This document shows positions 61,401-64,000 of a DNA stretch of 64,000 nt, piece after piece (position 1 is the first letter of the stretch; every line of letters begins with the position of its first letter). The position numbers were made by a program, and so were the translations under genes. The DNA lies in NCBI GenBank assembly GCA_043228905.1, contig JBHGNT010000022.1:434001-498000 (forward strand). The letters run 5' to 3'. Under the pieces are notes generated by a model. That model did not search any database, was not told where the DNA came from, and saw nothing but the letters and a program-made list of their open reading frames with translations. The stretch comes from Azolla caroliniana (lineage: Eukaryota > Plantae > Polypodiophyta).

Positions 61401-63632
61401 ATAATATATCGAAACAAAAGATGCATGGATGCAAGTGAGCATGTGCATATAAAACCCAATAAAATATTAAAGAGTACCTCATCAATAGTGTCCTCTGCAA
61501 CAAGATTTATTGCTAAAACAGGATTAACTTGACCAATACGATGTGCTCTTTGCACTGCCTGCTTGTCAGCTTGAGGATTCCAATCTTGCTCATAGAATAT
61601 AACCTGTTAAAGGAAACCCATATCAATGCAGTAGTGCATACAACTAATAAATACAAAAGGAACATTACAATTTAATACATGAGTGTGATACAGCTTCTAA
61701 ATATGAAAATTCAGATTGTTTATGAATCTAGTAACCTGTTTTGGAATAGCTTTCACTTGCATGAATGCAAGAAAATTTAGTCAAAATCGCACAAATGTTT
61801 CTGGGTCAAATTTGTGTTCCAATACAAGAGATAGCAATTGTGGAGGAAAGTCACTTAAAACATTTTCACGCATCATTTAAAAGGTCGAATATGTTCACAG
61901 CTCTATTACCAGCTCATTTTAGAAAGGATGATAATACATCCAGGAATGACCAGGAACTGCTTTAGTATGTACTTAGCATAATTTCTAAAAATGGCATAGA
62001 AGATGATATGAGGGATCACAACTCACCTTCACTCATGAACTACCTGCAATGCTCTTACAAATTATGCATCATGACGAAATCATAAATTATCACTGATATA
62101 TCTTCTGCATCATGATAAAAATACAAATTAGTCAAGAGAATCATCTCAAACAAACCTCGAACCTCAGGTATGTTTCTAATCAAATTGCTAGACATCCAGT
62201 CAGCAAGGATAGCAGTTTGATCATAAACCATCATGTCAATAGGACCCCAGATGAGAATAATGGTAAACATATTCAAGTGAATCATCTCACAGCAGGGCCA
62301 GCACTAGAGAATAAAAGAGTATGTTCCTAACATAAATATGTTAGACATCCAGTGACCAAGGATAGCATTTTCAATCACAAAACATCATGTCACTTCAACC
62401 CCAGATGAAACTAATAGTAGAGAACCTGGTAACTTTCATTTCAGCCAGATTATCTGATTTCATAGTCAACTATGATAAAGAAATGAACCACTTTACCTAT
62501 TTATCTGCTGCAATATGGTGTTTTCAAATTTCAAACCTCAAAGAAAACTAGGAGAAAAGTAGAGTTTAGGGTTTAGAGTTCCAGGGTAGCCACCTAGGCA
62601 AGGGAGGCACACATTCATACAAAGATGAACGCCTTTACATAGTTTTTTGACCAGCAATCATCACCCTCCAGCCTAGAATGATTTGTGAATAATTAGTTAC
62701 CAACAAGGCCTAAAACTGCTACTGAAGAACAACTCGTTTGATATAATGCAATAATAACATAAGCAGCCAAGTTCTGCCAGTACTGACAACAATGTTAGCA
62801 TGCTTTTAAAGAACAGGGATCTCACAGTATCTGCAGCAGTAAGATTAAGCCCAACACCACCAGCTCTTGTTGTCAAGAGAAAGACGAAAGGTTTTTCTGA
62901 TCCTGTGCTTTCCGCTAATTTATTACTAGCATCAAATTTACGAGCGGATGCAAATCTCTCTTCAGCTCGGACAGATCCATCCAGTCGTTCATATAGATAA
63001 CCACGATATTCCAGGTAGTCCTGCCATACAATATGAACAAAACGTGTTCGAAATTAATATAAACAGAGTGCTGACATACTGTAAAAACATTTGTCACAAA
63101 TGAATGATCACACTGAAAAGCTGTCACAAACAAATCTCATTTGTGAGAATAGTGTAGCACTTGAAATATTTAGTGGATTTGAAACGTTTACCATTCAGAT
63201 TACATTCAGCCAACAAAATGTTTCTACAATACTATAGACCATTGCATACAAACCTGGAGAATATCTAGGGTACGAGTCATTTGGGCATAAATTAGAACTC
63301 TATGCTTTTCATCATACAACTTCTGAAGTAACAAATCCAGGATAATCATCTTTCCACTCGCCTGGATGTTAAAAAACAAAAAACTGTTTAGCAATGCAAG
63401 AAGTTACTTTTTCACTTTCAAACTTGCACTAGAATGAGAGACACTTTGCATCAAATATGAGCTAGCTTACAGATACTTCTTTTGATTGAAAAGGACATTA
63501 TGTTTAAAAGTCCATACTGAAAACAGCAGACAGAAAATTAACCTGTATCAAATGCTCTCCTTCTTCAAAAGGTTCAGGCTCCACACCATCAAATAAATAA
63601 GGATGGCTGCAAGCCTTTCTTAATTGCACTAC
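58472..63632 (-). CDS. CHR10: SNF2-family chromatin remodeller with C-terminal macro-like domain (CHR10/ALC1/CHD1L-like); 3' nine exons, 5' part outside the window
   Basis: Exons 63632-63543, 63361-63254, 63020-62826, 61603-61478, 60747-60068, 59386-59241, 59061-58891, 58706-58592, 58508-58472. Motifs [65 protein letters not shown]; macro motifs [26 protein letters not shown]. Confidence 0.92.
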
Positions 63633-64000
63633 CTGTTGAAGCATAGACAGATAATATTTACCAACAGTGGTGCTAATAAATCTGCAAAAGCACATTTTTC
63701 CATCACAAAATTGCAATTTACTTCCAATTTTCTTTCAAAGCAATCACCAAAGCATGTTAAATAAACTTATCTCCTCAAGAACCCTAGGGGAGGTGCAAAT
63801 ACAAAGATCCCCTTAATACATTCAACCCCAGAACCATCTTGATCATGACATTAGGTCACACTCAACCTCAAAAGCCATCTTAACTTTAAAATTCCATTCC
63901 AAACTGTTATCCATCAGCCAAGGTGTTTATCATTTGCAAACTGGTATCCATCAGCCAAGGATTGAATTTGGACGAGTCCAATAAGAGGAAAGCCTAAATA

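Noticed and set aside
62560-62590. Interstitial telomeric repeat
   Set aside because: Only about two imperfect TTTAGGG units in an intron; compatible with chance or a telo-box.

Overview
Eukaryotic land-plant DNA, probably a non-seed plant such as a fern (inferred only from gene divergence and transposon repertoire). Bases 1-26.4 kb form one nested LTR-retrotransposon island: at least four Ty1/copia elements, two solo LTRs, a degenerate Ty3/gypsy with two tandem gag genes, and a complete 3.9-kb non-autonomous element. The rest holds three spliced host genes: GCP5 (+, 16 exons, 29808-38886), ALG8 (-, 4 exons, 53170-56120) and the 3' part of a CHR10/ALC1-like SNF2-macrodomain gene (-, 58472 to beyond 63632). 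Around them lie hAT-type MITEs, LINE fragments and a full-length decayed copia (44724-50092). The best candidate for something undescribed is the LTR family at 17909-21832 plus its solo LTR at 3654-4748. It has 4-bp RCGT target duplications, a tRNA-Trp-like primer site and antisense tRNA-like A/B-box cassettes inside the LTRs. In place of gag-pol it carries a nearly intact ~665-codon acidic repeat ORF that the ORF track splits in two. All calls come from manual reading; no database searches were run.
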